This document shows positions 1 through 10,532 of a stretch of DNA of 64,000 nt, piece after piece. Under the pieces are notes generated by a model that saw only the letters and a list, made by a program, of their open reading frames with translations, made no database searches and was not told the DNA's origin. The DNA is from Candidatus Zhuqueibacterota bacterium (GTDB lineage Bacteria > Zhuqueibacterota > Zhuqueibacteria > Thermofontimicrobiales > Thermofontimicrobiaceae). Numbering within the stretch: the stretch's first letter is position 1; every line of letters starts with the position of its first letter. A program made the position numbers and the translations under genes. The stretch is from positions 389,116 through 453,115 of the forward strand of contig JBMOPW010000007.1 of the NCBI GenBank assembly GCA_049322915.1, given 5' to 3'.

Positions 1-636
1 CAGATTCAGGTCGAAGGCCAAAATTTCATGGACGGCGGATTCATGGAGCCGAATGCCATGCTGAAAATTATTGTGGCCGATGAAAAAAGCGGCGTGAACA
101 TCGTCGGCGATATCGGCCACAAAATCACCCTTACTTTCGACAATGATGAGCATACCAGGATTGATGTGACCGAATATTTTCAGTACGATGTGAATAGCTA
201 TCTTTCGGGAACCATCCGCTATTCCCTGGTAAGTATGGACCAGGGTAAGCATCTCATGTGCATTAAGGCATGGGACAATTTCAATAACTCCGCCACCTGC
301 GAGGCTGAGTTCACTGTCGTGGCTACGGATGAACTGGTGCTGCGCGATGTATTGAATTATCCCAATCCATTTTCGACGCACACTGTATTTACGTTCTGGG
401 TCAATCAGCCGTGCCAAGCGCAGATAAAAATTTTCACCATCGCCGGTCGTCTGGTGCGGGCGCTGGAAAATGTATTTGCCGAAACCGGTTTCAATCAAAT
501 TAGCTGGGATGGCCGCGACGCGGATGGCGATTTATTGGCCAATGGCATTTATCTTTATAAATTAGAAACAACGCATCAGCAGGGAAGCCAGTCCCTTTCA
601 GCGACGAAAATTGATCGGTGCGTGGTTCTGCGCTGA
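1..636 (+). CDS. porU: 3' part of PorU-like C25 peptidase/sortase with FlgD-Ig/T9SS C-terminal domain (partial, starts before window)
   Basis: Frame open from base 1; SGVNIVGDIGH, KAWDNFNNS, NYPNPF, WDGRDADG..NGIYLY; aligns with the C-terminus of the next gene. Confidence 0.75.
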   Translation, partial: QIQVEGQNFMDGGFMEPNAMLKIIVADEKSGVNIVGDIGHKITLTFDNDEHTRIDVTEYFQYDVNSYLSGTIRYSLVSMDQGKHLMCIKAWDNFNNSATCEAEFTVVATDELVLRDVLNYPNPFSTHTVFTFWVNQPCQAQIKIFTIAGRLVRALENVFAETGFNQISWDGRDADGDLLANGIYLYKLETTHQQGSQSLSATKIDRCVVLR

Positions 637-891
637 AGCGGAATTGATTTCGTTCCATAAAAATTAATTCATCTTACGAATCATAAGACTCGGAAACGAA
701 TACTCGAAGCATGTTTGGGTTTAAGCTTTTCGCCGCAGGAAGCAGTCGAGAAATTTGAAGAGATAAAGGAATTCGTGCGTTGCGATGCGTGGAGGCCGCT
801 GCCCCGGACTGAAAGACATCGCTCACGAAAGTCTGGCTACAAGCCCCGGTATTTTCTGAGTATACCATACAGTTATTATGGAGTTGAATGA

Positions 892-3800
892 ATGAAAATT
901 AACTCGTCAATCAGGTGGTTTTTCATTGTCAGCCTTCTGGTATCATTGCAGGTAGGAAACCTTGCGGCAGCGCTGGCGCACGATGGATTGGAAGTCATTT
1001 CTTCGGATGACCAGGGAGTAACGCTGCGATACACCCCGCGCGTGGAGCGGATTGATACCGTTCGTGTGAACAATGAAACCTATTTAAAAATATATGTCGC
1101 TCAGGCGTCGCTGTTCGGCGATGCCGGTCAACCCATGGTCTCCAAACGGCTGATCAAAGTCGGCGTGCCGTTGCAATCGGAACCCACGGCGCAGACGCTG
1201 CAAGCGGAATTTGAGACGATTTCGGGCCGGTTGCTGCCCGCGCCAACGATTGAAAAAAATGGTGTTTTTCTACATGAGCCGGATCGCGATGCCTATAGCG
1301 CAGCGACCGATTTTCCCCTGGATGTTATCGAATTGATGCCGCCCGGATTCATTCGGGACCAGCGCGTGGCGGAGATTCAGGTTCACCCCATTCAGGCGGT
1401 GGGCGCGAAGAACCAGATTAAAATTTATAAAAGCATCGTTATCCGTATGGATTTCAATGGCAGCGGGGGACAGTCTGGCGTCTCGAAGCAGTCATTGCCG
1501 GACGAAGAATTCTTTCGCGGGGTGGTTGTCAATTTCGACCAATCGGAAAAATGGCAGAAGCCGCGCCCCCAAAAATCAGTGCGGAAGGCGTCAGGGTTAC
1601 AGATGGGCGAAGCGTTGAAAATTACCATCCGTGAAGAAGGCCTGTACAAGATAACCGGCAAAGACCTGCAATCGGCTGGCGTGGATATCAGCGCGATCAA
1701 CTCCGGCTCGTTGCGCCTTTTCAATAACGGCGGTAGGGAACTCTCCCAAAGCATTACCGCGCAGCGCCCCGATTCGCTCACGGAGATGGCTATCCGCGTA
1801 TTCGACGGCGGCGATGGTGCATTCAATACATCGGATTATCTCGTGTTTTACGGTCAATCCGTGAACGGCTGGGAGCCATTGAGCGAAACGAGTCCCTACT
1901 ATAAGCATTACATTCATCATTACACTGAAGACAATATCTATTTTTTAACCTGGGACGGAACACGTGCCGGCAGGCGAATGGCGAGCCGCATCTCGCAATC
2001 AGATCCGATGTTGACGCCAACGACGTATACGTTGGGCATTTACTACAAAGAAGATGAAATCAACAATTATCTCGATTCCGGCACCTATTGGTTTGGCCGG
2101 CTGATGGCTGGCAACAGCGATGAGCAGGGTTACAGCGCCTACCTGCCCCATGCGCGAACCAGTCAGAATTCCATGTTTTTTCGATTTCAGTTTCACACCC
2201 TCACCTATAACATCCATCAATTCAATGTGCTGCTCAATGACCAACTGGTGGACATCATCACCGTCAACGGCACCAGGCTCTATACCGAAACGGTTTCTAA
2301 AATTCTGTCCCTTTCGGCGTCAGGCTACAACAGTCTGAAAATTCAATATCACGGCGACACATCGGAAAGTCAGGCGTATATCGACTGGTTCGAAATTCAG
2401 TATCAGACCGGGTTCGTGGCCGAAGACAATGCCCTGTTGTTTCATCAGGTCGATGATGGCGCATCAAAATACCGAATCACCAATTTCACCAGCAACCTGA
2501 TTGAAGTGTACGACGTGACCGATGCCGGCGATGTTCAGTACATTTCCAATCCCGAAATCGCTTCCGGGACAGTGACGTTTGTGGATGATGCCGTCGGATT
2601 CCCGCGACGCCGGTTTTGGGCGACAACGACCAGCGCCTATGCCACTCCTGAAAGTTTTGAGCGCATTCAATTCGCCAATTTGCGGGCGCAACTGGCCGGC
2701 GCTGAATTCATCATCATCGCCCACGATGATTTCTACGACGCAGCAATGATGCTGAAATCGCATCGGGAAAACACGGACAGCATTTCCACCTCGGTTGTCC
2801 GCATCGCCGATATTTATAATGAATTCTCCGGAGGGCTGCTGGACCCTGTAGCCATTCGGGATTTCATCAAATTTGCATTTGACAATTGGGTCATTGCACC
2901 GAAATATGTCTTGCTGTTTGGAGACGGCGATTTTGATTATAAAAATATCAAAAGCGATCTCGATAAAAACTGGATCCCGCCGTTCGAGACATCGGAGTTG
3001 AACGAGAATTCCAGCCGAGCCATGGATGAATGGTTCATTTTAGTGAGCGGCGATGATGCGGATGGCGATCTGGCCATTGGCCGATTCCCGGTGCAAACCG
3101 CTGATGAGGCGCGGTTCGTGGTGGAAAAAATTATTCAGTATGAAACCGAATCTGTGCTGAAGACGGAAGGTGACGTGCTGCTCGAAGATTGGCGGAATGT
3201 CATCACAATGGTCGGGGACGACGAATACCACGATCCCGGCAGCCAGAACGAGACCATGCATACTCGCGATGCTGAATACATCATGGAAAATGCCATTCCG
3301 AACTATTTTAATAAAGTAAAAATTTACCTGATCGAATACCCCGCCATTCAGAATCCGGCTATTTCAGGCTACATGAAACCCGCAGCGACAGACGCGTTGC
3401 TGAAGCGGATCAATGATGGCACGCTCATTTTAAATTTTGTCGGCCACGGCGCGCCGTCGATTTGGGCGGATGAGCGCGTGCTGCTCGAGAGTCGCGATCT
3501 GGATAAAATTTTGAATTACGACAAAGCCCCGTTCTGGGTGGCTGCGACATGCGATTTTGGCCGGTTCGATGATCCCATGGAGCAGGGCATGGCTGAAAAA
3601 CTCTTCGTCGCTCAGCGGCGTGGAGGAATTGCATTCCTGACTTCCTCGCGCCTGGCGTACGCTACAGATAACACGGCCTTGAATCGACAATTTTTCAATC
3701 AGCTTTTTAACGGTGAAACCCCCTCCGCGCGGCTGGGTGTTGCGCTGATACAGGCCAAGATAAATAACTACAGCACCACCAACGACCAGAAGTATAATCT

Positions 3801-4926
3801 CTATGGCGATCCCACCATGCGATTGAAAGGACCAGCCAATCGGGCGCGAATTGCTACTGTTCGACCGGACTCGCTCAAGGCTCTGAGTGAAATTAATATT
3901 TCCGGGGAAGTGATTCAGAATTCAGGCCTCACCAGTCCATTCAATGGCAAGGCCGTCCTGAAGGTTTTCGATTCAAAAAAGAATATGATCTACACAACAA
4001 AGTACGGCTCGCAGATTCGCTACGCGGCGCCGGGGCGAATTTTGTTCCGAGGATTGATTCCGATTCAACAGGGCGATTTTGATGCAACGTGCATCATTCC
4101 CAAAGATATTACCTACGGCGGAGAGATGGGCAGAATCAGCCTATATTTTGCCGATGAAAATAATGAAGGCGTCACATCGAAAGATTCGCTCTACGTGGGC
4201 GGAACGTCGATTCTGCAGGATGGGGAAGGGCCCATTATCAAGATTGGTTTTGTGGGACAGAATTTTGCAGATGGCAATTTGATTTCATCCGATGCGGTCT
4301 TGCAGGTGGACATTGCCGATAGCATCAGCGGGGTGAATATTGCCGGCGACATTGGACACGATATCACCCTGACAATCGATGACCAGGAAACCGATAAAAT
4401 TGTTCTGACAGATTTATTCAATTATTACGAGGGAAATTTTAAGGCTGGGAAAATCCTGTACGATTTTTCCACGTATAATTCGACCGCGGCGGAAGGGACC
4501 AGTTCGGAAGAGTCAGCCAGCGGTTTAACGCCGGGGGATCATCGAATTACTATCAAGGCCTGGGATAATTTCAATAACTCCGCCATCGCCACGTGCTTTG
4601 TCTCGGTTGTCTTCAGCGACGAATTGAAGCTGAAAAATGTGCTCAACTTTCCCAATCCGTTTCGCTCTTCCACCACATTCACCTTCGTGGTGAATTTACC
4701 CTGCCGGGCGAAAATCAAGATTTTCACCATTGACGGACAGCTGATCCAAACAGTGGAACATTTGACCGGCGCGGCTGGACTGAACCAGGTTTACTGGGAT
4801 GGCAGAGATCGGGATAACGACGTGCTGGCCAATGGCGTTTATCTTTATCAGGTGACTGTTACAACGACCGAGGCTGGCAAATCGATGCAGGATGAATTCA
4901 TCGGAAAGCTTGTCATCATGAGATAA
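892..4926 (+). CDS. porU: PorU-like type IX secretion sortase, gingipain (C25) family, with propeptide and C-terminal sorting domain
   Basis: Signal peptide; IYNEFSGG, LLFGDGDFDYK, IGRFPV, catalytic FVGHG and ATCDFG; NFPNPF C-terminal domain. Confidence 0.85.
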   Translation: MKINSSIRWFFIVSLLVSLQVGNLAAALAHDGLEVISSDDQGVTLRYTPRVERIDTVRVNNETYLKIYVAQASLFGDAGQPMVSKRLIKVGVPLQSEPTAQTLQAEFETISGRLLPAPTIEKNGVFLHEPDRDAYSAATDFPLDVIELMPPGFIRDQRVAEIQVHPIQAVGAKNQIKIYKSIVIRMDFNGSGGQSGVSKQSLPDEEFFRGVVVNFDQSEKWQKPRPQKSVRKASGLQMGEALKITIREEGLYKITGKDLQSAGVDISAINSGSLRLFNNGGRELSQSITAQRPDSLTEMAIRVFDGGDGAFNTSDYLVFYGQSVNGWEPLSETSPYYKHYIHHYTEDNIYFLTWDGTRAGRRMASRISQSDPMLTPTTYTLGIYYKEDEINNYLDSGTYWFGRLMAGNSDEQGYSAYLPHARTSQNSMFFRFQFHTLTYNIHQFNVLLNDQLVDIITVNGTRLYTETVSKILSLSASGYNSLKIQYHGDTSESQAYIDWFEIQYQTGFVAEDNALLFHQVDDGASKYRITNFTSNLIEVYDVTDAGDVQYISNPEIASGTVTFVDDAVGFPRRRFWATTTSAYATPESFERIQFANLRAQLAGAEFIIIAHDDFYDAAMMLKSHRENTDSISTSVVRIADIYNEFSGGLLDPVAIRDFIKFAFDNWVIAPKYVLLFGDGDFDYKNIKSDLDKNWIPPFETSELNENSSRAMDEWFILVSGDDADGDLAIGRFPVQTADEARFVVEKIIQYETESVLKTEGDVLLEDWRNVITMVGDDEYHDPGSQNETMHTRDAEYIMENAIPNYFNKVKIYLIEYPAIQNPAISGYMKPAATDALLKRINDGTLILNFVGHGAPSIWADERVLLESRDLDKILNYDKAPFWVAATCDFGRFDDPMEQGMAEKLFVAQRRGGIAFLTSSRLAYATDNTALNRQFFNQLFNGETPSARLGVALIQAKINNYSTTNDQKYNLYGDPTMRLKGPANRARIATVRPDSLKALSEINISGEVIQNSGLTSPFNGKAVLKVFDSKKNMIYTTKYGSQIRYAAPGRILFRGLIPIQQGDFDATCIIPKDITYGGEMGRISLYFADENNEGVTSKDSLYVGGTSILQDGEGPIIKIGFVGQNFADGNLISSDAVLQVDIADSISGVNIAGDIGHDITLTIDDQETDKIVLTDLFNYYEGNFKAGKILYDFSTYNSTAAEGTSSEESASGLTPGDHRITIKAWDNFNNSAIATCFVSVVFSDELKLKNVLNFPNPFRSSTTFTFVVNLPCRAKIKIFTIDGQLIQTVEHLTGAAGLNQVYWDGRDRDNDVLANGVYLYQVTVTTTEAGKSMQDEFIGKLVIMR

Positions 4927-4927
4927 T

Positions 4928-4956
4928 AAAAAAGGGTTCTCCGGGCGGAGAACCCT
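4928..4956 (-). terminator. Intrinsic terminator hairpin, U-tract on minus strand
   Basis: agggttctcc-gggc-ggagaaccct (10-bp stem) preceded by A6. Confidence 0.65.
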
Positions 4957-5093
4957 AAATCATATTGCGGAACAGCTAATTCGGGTCAAATGCGCTGTTT
5001 AGGTTGGATTTTTTTAAGCTCGGCACCTCCTGTAATTAATGGTATTACATTTAAATGCCAAAGGATCCACAACGAGATGACACAGAGGCAACC

Positions 5094-5108
5094 GCAAAAT
5101 ACATGCCA
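5094..5108 (-). promoter_or_regulatory. sigma54 (-24/-12) promoter
   Basis: Minus strand TGGCATGTATTTTGC fits TGGCACG-N4-TTGC. Confidence 0.55.
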
Positions 5109-5264
5109 GTGCCTGATAAAAAATGAGCGAGTGGTGACAAAGCCATAATCTTCAAGTTTTCAGAAACATGGGAATGATAATTCACCGGGAAAAATTGTCG
5201 CATCGTCAGAGAATTTTCCTTTAAATTGTTTCAACGCAGAACATTGTCTTATCGTGATACATCT

Positions 5265-6698
5265 ATGAACGATCAACCGAATCAAATCAGACGAAACGAT
5301 ATTATTGAATTGGACATCGAGTCCCTGGCATTCAAGGGCAAAGGAGTAGCGCATCTGGATGGATTTACTATATTTGTTGAGAGAGGAATACCGCGCCAAA
5401 AAGTGAAAGCCCGGGTGGTCAAGAAAAAATCCAATTATGCCGAGGCCTACGCTTTTGAGGTGGTCAATCATTCGCCGCTGGAAGTTGCACCGCGATGCCG
5501 TTATTTCGGGTCCTGCGGCGGCTGTCTGTTGCAGAATCTGAATTATGGCGAGCAATTGATTCAGAAGCGGCAGCAGGTGAAAGAACTGCTGGAGCACATC
5601 GGCGGATTCCAAAATGTGGAGATTCTGCCCACGATGCCCTCGCCGGATACCTATTTCTACCGCAACAAAATGGAGTTTACCTTTTCCAATTTCCGCTGGC
5701 TGCTCCCGGATGAAATAGACGCAGGGCTGATGGTTGACCGGGATTTTGCGCTTGGCTTGCACGTTCCAAACTCATTCACCAAAGTGATCGATATCAAAGA
5801 ATGCTTTCTGCTTTCCGAAAGGAGCAATATTGTTTTCGAGGCGATTCGGAAATTTGCTGCGGCGAGTTCTTTCGCGCCGTACACCACCAAAGACCATTCC
5901 GGTTTCTGGCGCTTTGTGGTGATCCGCGAATCCAAAACGTTGGGACAGATGATGGTGAATCTTGTGACCGCGCAGGACGCCAAAGGTGAGGGAAAGGTGC
6001 AGGAACTGAGCCGCTTGCTGATCGAGCAGTTTCCTTTTATCACTACATGCGTTCATAATGTCAGCCGAAAGAAAGCCCAGATTGCGTTTGGCGACCATGA
6101 AAATACCCTCTTCGGTCCGGGCTACATCGAAGAAGTGTTAGCGCAGACGCGATATCGCATTTCAGCCAACTCGTTTTTTCAGACCAACACCTTGCAAGCG
6201 GAGGCCATGTACCGGCTCATTCGGGAGTGGGGCGCTTTCGAAAAAAATGATATTGTATACGATTTATATTCCGGCGCCGGGGGAATTGCCCTTTTCATTG
6301 CGCCGCTTGTCGGGCGTGTGGTCGGATTCGAACTGGTGCAGCAAGCCATCGCAGACGCCGAAGTCAATTGCCGGCTCAATGCTATAGACAACTGCAATTT
6401 TGTTGAAGGCGATCTCAAAGATCAAATCGCCAATCCGCCTGAAATCATAGAAAAATGTGGTCAGCCGTCGATTGTGATTATCGATCCGCCTCGATCCGGC
6501 TTGCATCCAAAACTGCCGGAGCGGATTCTTCAGCTTCGGCCGGAGCGCATTCTGTACGTCTCCTGCGACCCTTCCACACTGGCGCGGGATTTGAAACTGC
6601 TCTGCGCATCAGACTTCTCACCTGTGAAGGTGCAGCCAGTAGACATGTTCCCCAATACGGCTCACTGCGAGACTGTCGTACTGCTTGAAAAGAAGTGA
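5265..6698 (+). CDS. rlmD: 23S rRNA m5U1939 methyltransferase
   Basis: TRAM domain, C-x5-CGGC cluster, SFFQTN, DLYSGAG, DPPRSG, YVSC, VDMFPNTAHCE. Confidence 0.92.
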   Translation: MNDQPNQIRRNDIIELDIESLAFKGKGVAHLDGFTIFVERGIPRQKVKARVVKKKSNYAEAYAFEVVNHSPLEVAPRCRYFGSCGGCLLQNLNYGEQLIQKRQQVKELLEHIGGFQNVEILPTMPSPDTYFYRNKMEFTFSNFRWLLPDEIDAGLMVDRDFALGLHVPNSFTKVIDIKECFLLSERSNIVFEAIRKFAAASSFAPYTTKDHSGFWRFVVIRESKTLGQMMVNLVTAQDAKGEGKVQELSRLLIEQFPFITTCVHNVSRKKAQIAFGDHENTLFGPGYIEEVLAQTRYRISANSFFQTNTLQAEAMYRLIREWGAFEKNDIVYDLYSGAGGIALFIAPLVGRVVGFELVQQAIADAEVNCRLNAIDNCNFVEGDLKDQIANPPEIIEKCGQPSIVIIDPPRSGLHPKLPERILQLRPERILYVSCDPSTLARDLKLLCASDFSPVKVQPVDMFPNTAHCETVVLLEKK

Positions 6699-6803
6699 TC
6701 CGGGTACGACCCTGAATTTTCCGAAGCGCTCTATGAGGAGTTTGATTTTCGGACAGAAGCAGCGGCGGCGATTTCCCTTTTGCGATTTCAAACACGAAAA
6801 GAA

Positions 6804-6830
6804 AAACCCCGATCACTCGGGGTTTGGTTT
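6804..6830. terminator. Bidirectional terminator between convergent rlmD and lon
   Basis: aaaccccga-tcac-tcggggttt with A-run before and T-rich run after. Confidence 0.6.
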
Positions 6831-6912
6831 CCAACCGTTCAATATCTGGTCAGCATTCTTGCAGCATTGGTGCGTAAAATCAATCCGTTCAGTGCTGCGC
6901 ACAATCTCTGAT

Positions 6913-9300
6913 TTAGGGCGCCACGTTCAATTTCTGCTGTTGAGTTCGTTTCTCAAATGCCAAATCCAGCACATCGCTCATCTTTTCTAAAAAATGAAAT
7001 TTCATTTCTCGACGAATTTGTTCGGGTATTTCAATCAAATCTTTCTCGTTTTGAGCGGGCAGAAACACGGTTCTGATCCCGGCCCGATGCGCTGCGAGCA
7101 CCTTTTCTTTGATCCCGCCAACAGGCAGTACCGAGCCTCTCAGGGTAATTTCGCCGGTCATCGCCACGTCGCTGCGGACGTATTGCCCGGTCAATAGTGA
7201 AAGCAACGATGAGAACAGCGTAATCCCCGCTGACGGCCCATCTTTGGGGATGGCGCCAGCCGGGATGTGAATGTGAATATCGTATTTTTCATGGAAATCC
7301 TTCTCGACATTCAGTTCATCCGCTTTGGAGCGAATGTACGACAAGGCCGCCTGAGCAGATTCCTTCATCACATCGCCCAATTGACCGGTCAGACTGAGTT
7401 GTCCTTTGCCGCGCATTTTTGTGGATTCGAAGAACAGAATATCACCGCCAACCGGCGTCCACGCCAGGCCGATGGCAATGCCGGTTTCATTGATCCGCTC
7501 AGCCGATTCCTGGAAGAATTTTTTCGGTCCCAGATATTCGGTCAGTTTTTTCTCGGTGATGCGAGTCTTCTTTGCATGACTTATGTTCTTTGACATCGCC
7601 ACATCCTTGGCAACACCGCGGCAGACTCCGGCAATTTGCCGCTCCAGATTTCGCACCCCGGCTTCCCGTGTGTACGAGTTGATCATCAGTTTGATAGACG
7701 ACTCCGGGATAGTAATCAGTTTATTAGTCAATCCGTGTTCGGTAATTTGCTTGGGAACCAGAAAATTCCGCGCAATTTGAACTTTATCCTCTTCCACGTA
7801 GCTGGGAATTTCGATGATTTCCATGCGATCTTTGAGCGCCGGCGGAATCGGCTCTGACATGTTGGCAGTGGCGATGAACAGCACTTTGGACAGGTCAAAC
7901 GCTACTTCCAGATAATGATCGCTGAATGAGAAATTCTGCTCCGGGTCCAGTACCTCCAGCAGCGCGGATGATGGATCCCCGCGGAAGTCGTGTCCCAATT
8001 TATCGATTTCATCCAGCATGAAGACCGGATTGTTAGATCCCGCCTTTTTGATACCCTGAATGATACGGCCGGGAAGCGCTCCGATATACGTCCGACGATG
8101 GCCGCGCATTTCTGCCTCGTCATGAATCCCGCCCAGCGACATGCGAACGAAATTTCGCCCCATGGCTTCGGCGATGGAGCGGCCCAGCGAGGTTTTGCCG
8201 ACGCCAGGAGGGCCGACGAAACAGAGGATCGGCCCTTTCATATCCGGCTTCAATTTGCGTACAGCCAGATATTCCAGAATTCGCTTTTTGACCTTCTCCA
8301 GATTATAATGGTCGGCGTCCAATTTCTTCTGAACACGTTTGATATCAAGGTTGTCTTTTGTCGAAATCGACCAGGGCAGTTCCATCAACCAGTCCAGGTA
8401 CGTCCGGGATACAGTGTACTCGGCTGACGAAGGATGCATTTGCGCTAACCGATCCAGTTCCTTCTCCGCGACCTTTTGGGCCTCTTTCGGCATTTTGGCC
8501 TTCTTGATTTTCTGTTTCAGTTCATGTATTTCTGATGTGTCAGAATCATCGCCCAGTTCCTTTTGAATCGTCTTCAACTGCTCGCGCAGATACAATTCCC
8601 GTTGCGTCTTCCCAATTTTTGTCTGAATATCGGACTGAATTTTCTCGCCCAGTTCCAGCGTTTGCAGCTTCTTATTAATGAGCAGATTGGCCTTATTCAA
8701 TCGCTCCATAACGTTAAGCGTGCTGAGAACATCCTGCTTGTCCTTGATGGCGACACTGGAAAATGCAATGATCATATCCGCCAACATCCCGGGTTCCTTG
8801 ATATTGGAAACCATGACCAGTTGTTCATACGTAATCTCAGTCGATAATTCGACCATGCGTTTGAAAATTTTTCGCAGGTTGGTTGTCAGCGCCTCAACCT
8901 GAGCCGTGTCTTCAATGACCTGTTCATTGATTGGCTCGAAAATAGCTTTGAAGAAGGGAGCTTCCTGGGTGAACGTGATCAGTTTGATGCGATACAATCC
9001 CTGAATCAAAATGGTTTTGCTCCCGTCCGGCATATCGATGGTGCGGTGAATTTTGGCGGCAGTGCCGATGAAATAGAGATCTTCAGTGGTTGGATTTTCA
9101 ATGGTTGATTTTTTCTGGGCCAGAATTGCAATGATGTCATCATCCTTGCCTGTTTCTCCGACCAGCTTGAGCGATTTTTCACGGGCTACTGTAATCGGTA
9201 AAAGCTGTTGAGGAAAAAGGACTTCATTTCGAAGCGGTATCACCGGCAGCACCGTGGGTATTCTTGAAAAGAATTCTCGTTTAAATTCACTCATTGTCAT
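6913..9300 (-). CDS. lon: ATP-dependent protease La
   Basis: LON N-domain, [15 protein letters not shown], catalytic DGPSAG and GGIKEK. Confidence 0.97.
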   Translation of the reverse strand: MTMSEFKREFFSRIPTVLPVIPLRNEVLFPQQLLPITVAREKSLKLVGETGKDDDIIAILAQKKSTIENPTTEDLYFIGTAAKIHRTIDMPDGSKTILIQGLYRIKLITFTQEAPFFKAIFEPINEQVIEDTAQVEALTTNLRKIFKRMVELSTEITYEQLVMVSNIKEPGMLADMIIAFSSVAIKDKQDVLSTLNVMERLNKANLLINKKLQTLELGEKIQSDIQTKIGKTQRELYLREQLKTIQKELGDDSDTSEIHELKQKIKKAKMPKEAQKVAEKELDRLAQMHPSSAEYTVSRTYLDWLMELPWSISTKDNLDIKRVQKKLDADHYNLEKVKKRILEYLAVRKLKPDMKGPILCFVGPPGVGKTSLGRSIAEAMGRNFVRMSLGGIHDEAEMRGHRRTYIGALPGRIIQGIKKAGSNNPVFMLDEIDKLGHDFRGDPSSALLEVLDPEQNFSFSDHYLEVAFDLSKVLFIATANMSEPIPPALKDRMEIIEIPSYVEEDKVQIARNFLVPKQITEHGLTNKLITIPESSIKLMINSYTREAGVRNLERQIAGVCRGVAKDVAMSKNISHAKKTRITEKKLTEYLGPKKFFQESAERINETGIAIGLAWTPVGGDILFFESTKMRGKGQLSLTGQLGDVMKESAQAALSYIRSKADELNVEKDFHEKYDIHIHIPAGAIPKDGPSAGITLFSSLLSLLTGQYVRSDVAMTGEITLRGSVLPVGGIKEKVLAAHRAGIRTVFLPAQNEKDLIEIPEQIRREMKFHFLEKMSDVLDLAFEKRTQQQKLNVAP

Positions 9301-9499
9301 TTTCCTGTATTTATGGTGAAAGAATCCCGCAGCATGAATCGCGTGAGACTCCGATAATCGTGATTTAAAAGTCGATCATTAAACAGTGTCGATTCAGTCA
9401 ATTGCTTTTAGCACATCCCGACATCAGTCCAGTGAGTTGTTAATCTCCAATTCCACCTTCCAGGGTCGGGTTCATCTGATTTTACAAAAGTGTCTGTAC

Positions 9500-9514
9500 G
9501 CAAAATATATGCCA
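9500..9514 (-). promoter_or_regulatory. sigma54 promoter of lon
   Basis: Minus strand TGGCATATATTTTGC, 200 nt upstream of lon start. Confidence 0.65.
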
Positions 9515-9862
9515 CATTAATTTCTATCGGCATAACTGATTAAAAACAAAAACAATAAGCCTGTCACGATGGTTCGGTCAGCGATTTTTTTTTGCATGAT
9601 TGTCCTATGAACAAGTAATCGTTGCGTCAGAATGGCATGATTTTCCTGTCATCATAGCCCTGCCGTCTCCGAAGGTGTGCGACTAAAATTCCGTGTCATG
9701 CTGAACGTAATCCTGTTAATCGCCCTGACTGGAGAGTTACATCTGTCTGAGGCGGGATATTCTCGAAATCGTGATTGGGGCGAATTCGAAAATTAATGAG
9801 AAATATCTTGTATTTTAGTTTTAACTGCTATATATTTTATGTTCAAAAGAGGGCTATGAAAA

Positions 9863-10324
9863 ATGAGGCGTTTCCACATTTTTATCTTGCTTGTTGTTTC
9901 ACTGGCAGGGATGACCTGTCAGGCAAACATTTCTACAGATTCAGAGAAGCGCGCTGTCGCCGCTTTGGTTGATGCGTATACAGCCGCCTTTGATGCGAAG
10001 GACTTTCAAAAATTTTCCGGATATTGTTCGGATGAAATGAAATTTTTCACACTCGATGGTCAGATTTTCGACCGCGAAACCATGGTTCCATTTTTAGATC
10101 GAATGATGTCCCGCTGGCAGCATTTAAAGACGTCGATTGATGGTCTTGAAATCAATGCCAGTTCGAGGTATGGTTGGGCGCGATACCAACAAATCATTCG
10201 CTTCTCCATAGCCGGGCAGGAAGGCGCAATGCATAATTTGATCTCCGTGGGCCTTGTTAAAGAAAATGACTCCTGGAGGATCAGCCATTTTCACATGTCG
10301 ACAAGCTACATCAAAAATCAATGA
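9863..10324 (+). CDS. Exported NTF2/SnoaL-like (DUF4440-type) protein
   Basis: Signal peptide; YTAAFDAKD start and WRISHFHMS end typical of the NTF2-like fold. Confidence 0.7.
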   Translation: MRRFHIFILLVVSLAGMTCQANISTDSEKRAVAALVDAYTAAFDAKDFQKFSGYCSDEMKFFTLDGQIFDRETMVPFLDRMMSRWQHLKTSIDGLEINASSRYGWARYQQIIRFSIAGQEGAMHNLISVGLVKENDSWRISHFHMSTSYIKNQ

Positions 10325-10532
10325 GTCGAGCCTCCGATGCGATGCGTTGTAAGCCGCAAGCTCAGCAGCGTTCGCAGAAAGCGAGCCTGGCTATTCGCTG
10401 GAATTCATGGCGCGCGAACTTTTTTTTATCTTGACCAAAGATATTTTTTTTTGTACATTGCAACGCAGCACTAACCCACCCATGTTATCCTTTCGGTATA
10501 TACCTTTTTTCCAACAACCAACAGGAGGTTAA

